From NCBI GenBank assembly GCA_019358935.1, contig JAHHIK010000071.1, forward strand, positions 1 through 41,855: DNA of 41,855 nt, given 5' to 3'. This DNA comes from Tolypothrix carrinoi HA7290-LM1 (lineage in GTDB: Bacteria > Cyanobacteriota > Cyanobacteriia > Cyanobacteriales > Nostocaceae). Below the pieces are notes generated by a model that was given only the letters and a program-made list of their open reading frames with translations, had not been told where the DNA came from and ran no database searches. This document shows positions 40,616 to 41,855 of this stretch, one piece after another; position 1 is the stretch's first letter; each line of letters begins with the position of its first letter. The position numbers were made by a program, and so were the translations under genes.

Positions 40616-41551
40616 CTACTTATCTAAAAAATCGATTTTTACCGCCACATTGAATAAATCCTGCTTGGTGCTTGAGTTTTTAACCTCACCCTCATTCAAA
40701 GCAATAACATAAGGTTCACCATCAACCATCGCGATAATTGGTCCACCAGAAGAACCCTTCGCAGTATCGCAATCATGTAAAAGAAAATTCGCTTGCTCTT
40801 TCAGAATGCTGCAACCAGCTTGAAAACTCGCTGTCCATCCAGCACCAGCGCTGAAATATTGTTGATATTTGGCGCCGGGAAAATCGCCAGAATAGCCGAC
40901 GAAAAAGTATTTTTTCTGATTGCGAACTAGAGTTGAGGAAGCAACAGATTTCACACCTAAATAGCCATACTTGCGACCAAGGGGCTTATTAATTTTCATC
41001 ACAGCCCAGTCATTTGCATCCAGTTTCGCACCGTCTTTGAAATTTGTGCCATAGACAACATCCACCACTTCTGCCACATCCCGCGTATCTTGTACTTGAC
41101 CATCAATAACGTTTGGCAGAAATCGAATTCTCTGGCTTAACTTACCAGTTTCCGGGTCAATGACGCAGTGGGCATTGGTCAAAATAATATCTTCGGCAAT
41201 TAACGCTCCCGTGCAATGATAACTATTAGCATCCGCTGTAGTACCTTGCACTCGTCCAATAGTTGACCAAGGATATTTTCTGCTCAACATCGGGATGCGG
41301 TTATCCGGACCAATAGTTCCCCGTGTACCACCGCCTTCATTTGGTTTTGCCGACTGACCAAGATTAGATGGGATAAAAGGTTTATTATTGCCTTGTATGC
41401 GTAATTTACCTGCATCTTTAAAGCTGGTAAACTTCGGTGGGGTAGTTTGTTGCCCTTGTGTCTGTGCTTGTGCTTGCATTGATGCCCAATAGCCCAAGGT
41501 TGCAACACCGAGAATTGCTGATAGAAACAGTGCAAAAGATTGTTTAGTCAT
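40616..41551 (-). CDS. Secreted trypsin-like (V8-type) serine protease
   Basis: Signal peptide; TNAHC, DWA and GSSGGP catalytic triad motifs. Confidence 0.92.
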   Translation of the reverse strand: MTKQSFALFLSAILGVATLGYWASMQAQAQTQGQQTTPPKFTSFKDAGKLRIQGNNKPFIPSNLGQSAKPNEGGGTRGTIGPDNRIPMLSRKYPWSTIGRVQGTTADANSYHCTGALIAEDIILTNAHCVIDPETGKLSQRIRFLPNVIDGQVQDTRDVAEVVDVVYGTNFKDGAKLDANDWAVMKINKPLGRKYGYLGVKSVASSTLVRNQKKYFFVGYSGDFPGAKYQQYFSAGAGWTASFQAGCSILKEQANFLLHDCDTAKGSSGGPIIAMVDGEPYVIALNEGEVKNSSTKQDLFNVAVKIDFLDK

Positions 41552-41585
41552 TTTATTACTCCTGAGTTAAATAGTTGAAATTCTG

Positions 41586-41688
41586 ACCTCTCCCCCAACC
41601 CCTCCCCTACGAGGGGAGGGGAGCAAGATTAACTCCCCCCCTTCTTACTCCCCCTTCCCTCGTAGGGAAGGGGGCTGGGGGGTTAGGT
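41586..41688. repeat. GC-rich double-hairpin dispersed repeat
   Basis: CCCCTCCCCT-ACG-AGGGGAGGGG and CCCCCTTCCCT-CGT-AGGGAAGGGGG within inverted outer ends. Confidence 0.8.
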
Positions 41689-41855
41689 TTCTTCATCGCC
41701 ACTCACCCTGTAAAGTGAACGCAGACCAATAATAACCTAAGTTGCTAGTTATTGATTTAGGCGATCGCTTTGGGACAGTAAAGCAATAAAATGCCCTCCA
41801 AGAAGAGAAAATAAGGAGGGCTAGATGCTAAACGAAATAATTTCCATATATGCTA

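Overview
Chromosomal window from a heterocyst-forming cyanobacterium (Nostocales), judged from sepJ-hetR synteny, frequent HIP1 octamers (GCGATCGC) and short tandem/dispersed repeats. Core genes (dnaN, leuS, sepJ, hetR, rpsD, moaA) are mixed with a Cu-type P1B-ATPase and its frameshifted MerR regulator, a PEP-CTERM protein, RtcB, a TerB-like protein, a knotless phytochrome/CBCR histidine kinase, an ArsA/GET3 ATPase, two GNATs, sugar-nucleotide enzymes, a PiT transporter and others. Most notable: (1) an Rpn (DUF2887) gene with an internal RBS+ATG for a small C-terminal protein, followed by a diverged stand-alone copy of that same cassette; (2) a precisely delimitable IS200/IS605-type element (4581-6216, IS608-like end geometry) with intact TnpB catalytic residues, a ribbon-helix-helix-like gene where tnpA would be, a left-end hairpin split by a 70-nt palindromic insert, and an insertion site inside the probable rtcB promoter; (3) small palindromic and tandem repeats that have entered coding sequences in frame (ATPase, RtcB, LeuRS, PiT) and nest inside each other. 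No CRISPR array, tRNA or rRNA was seen. All family assignments come from motif recognition by eye, not from database searches.
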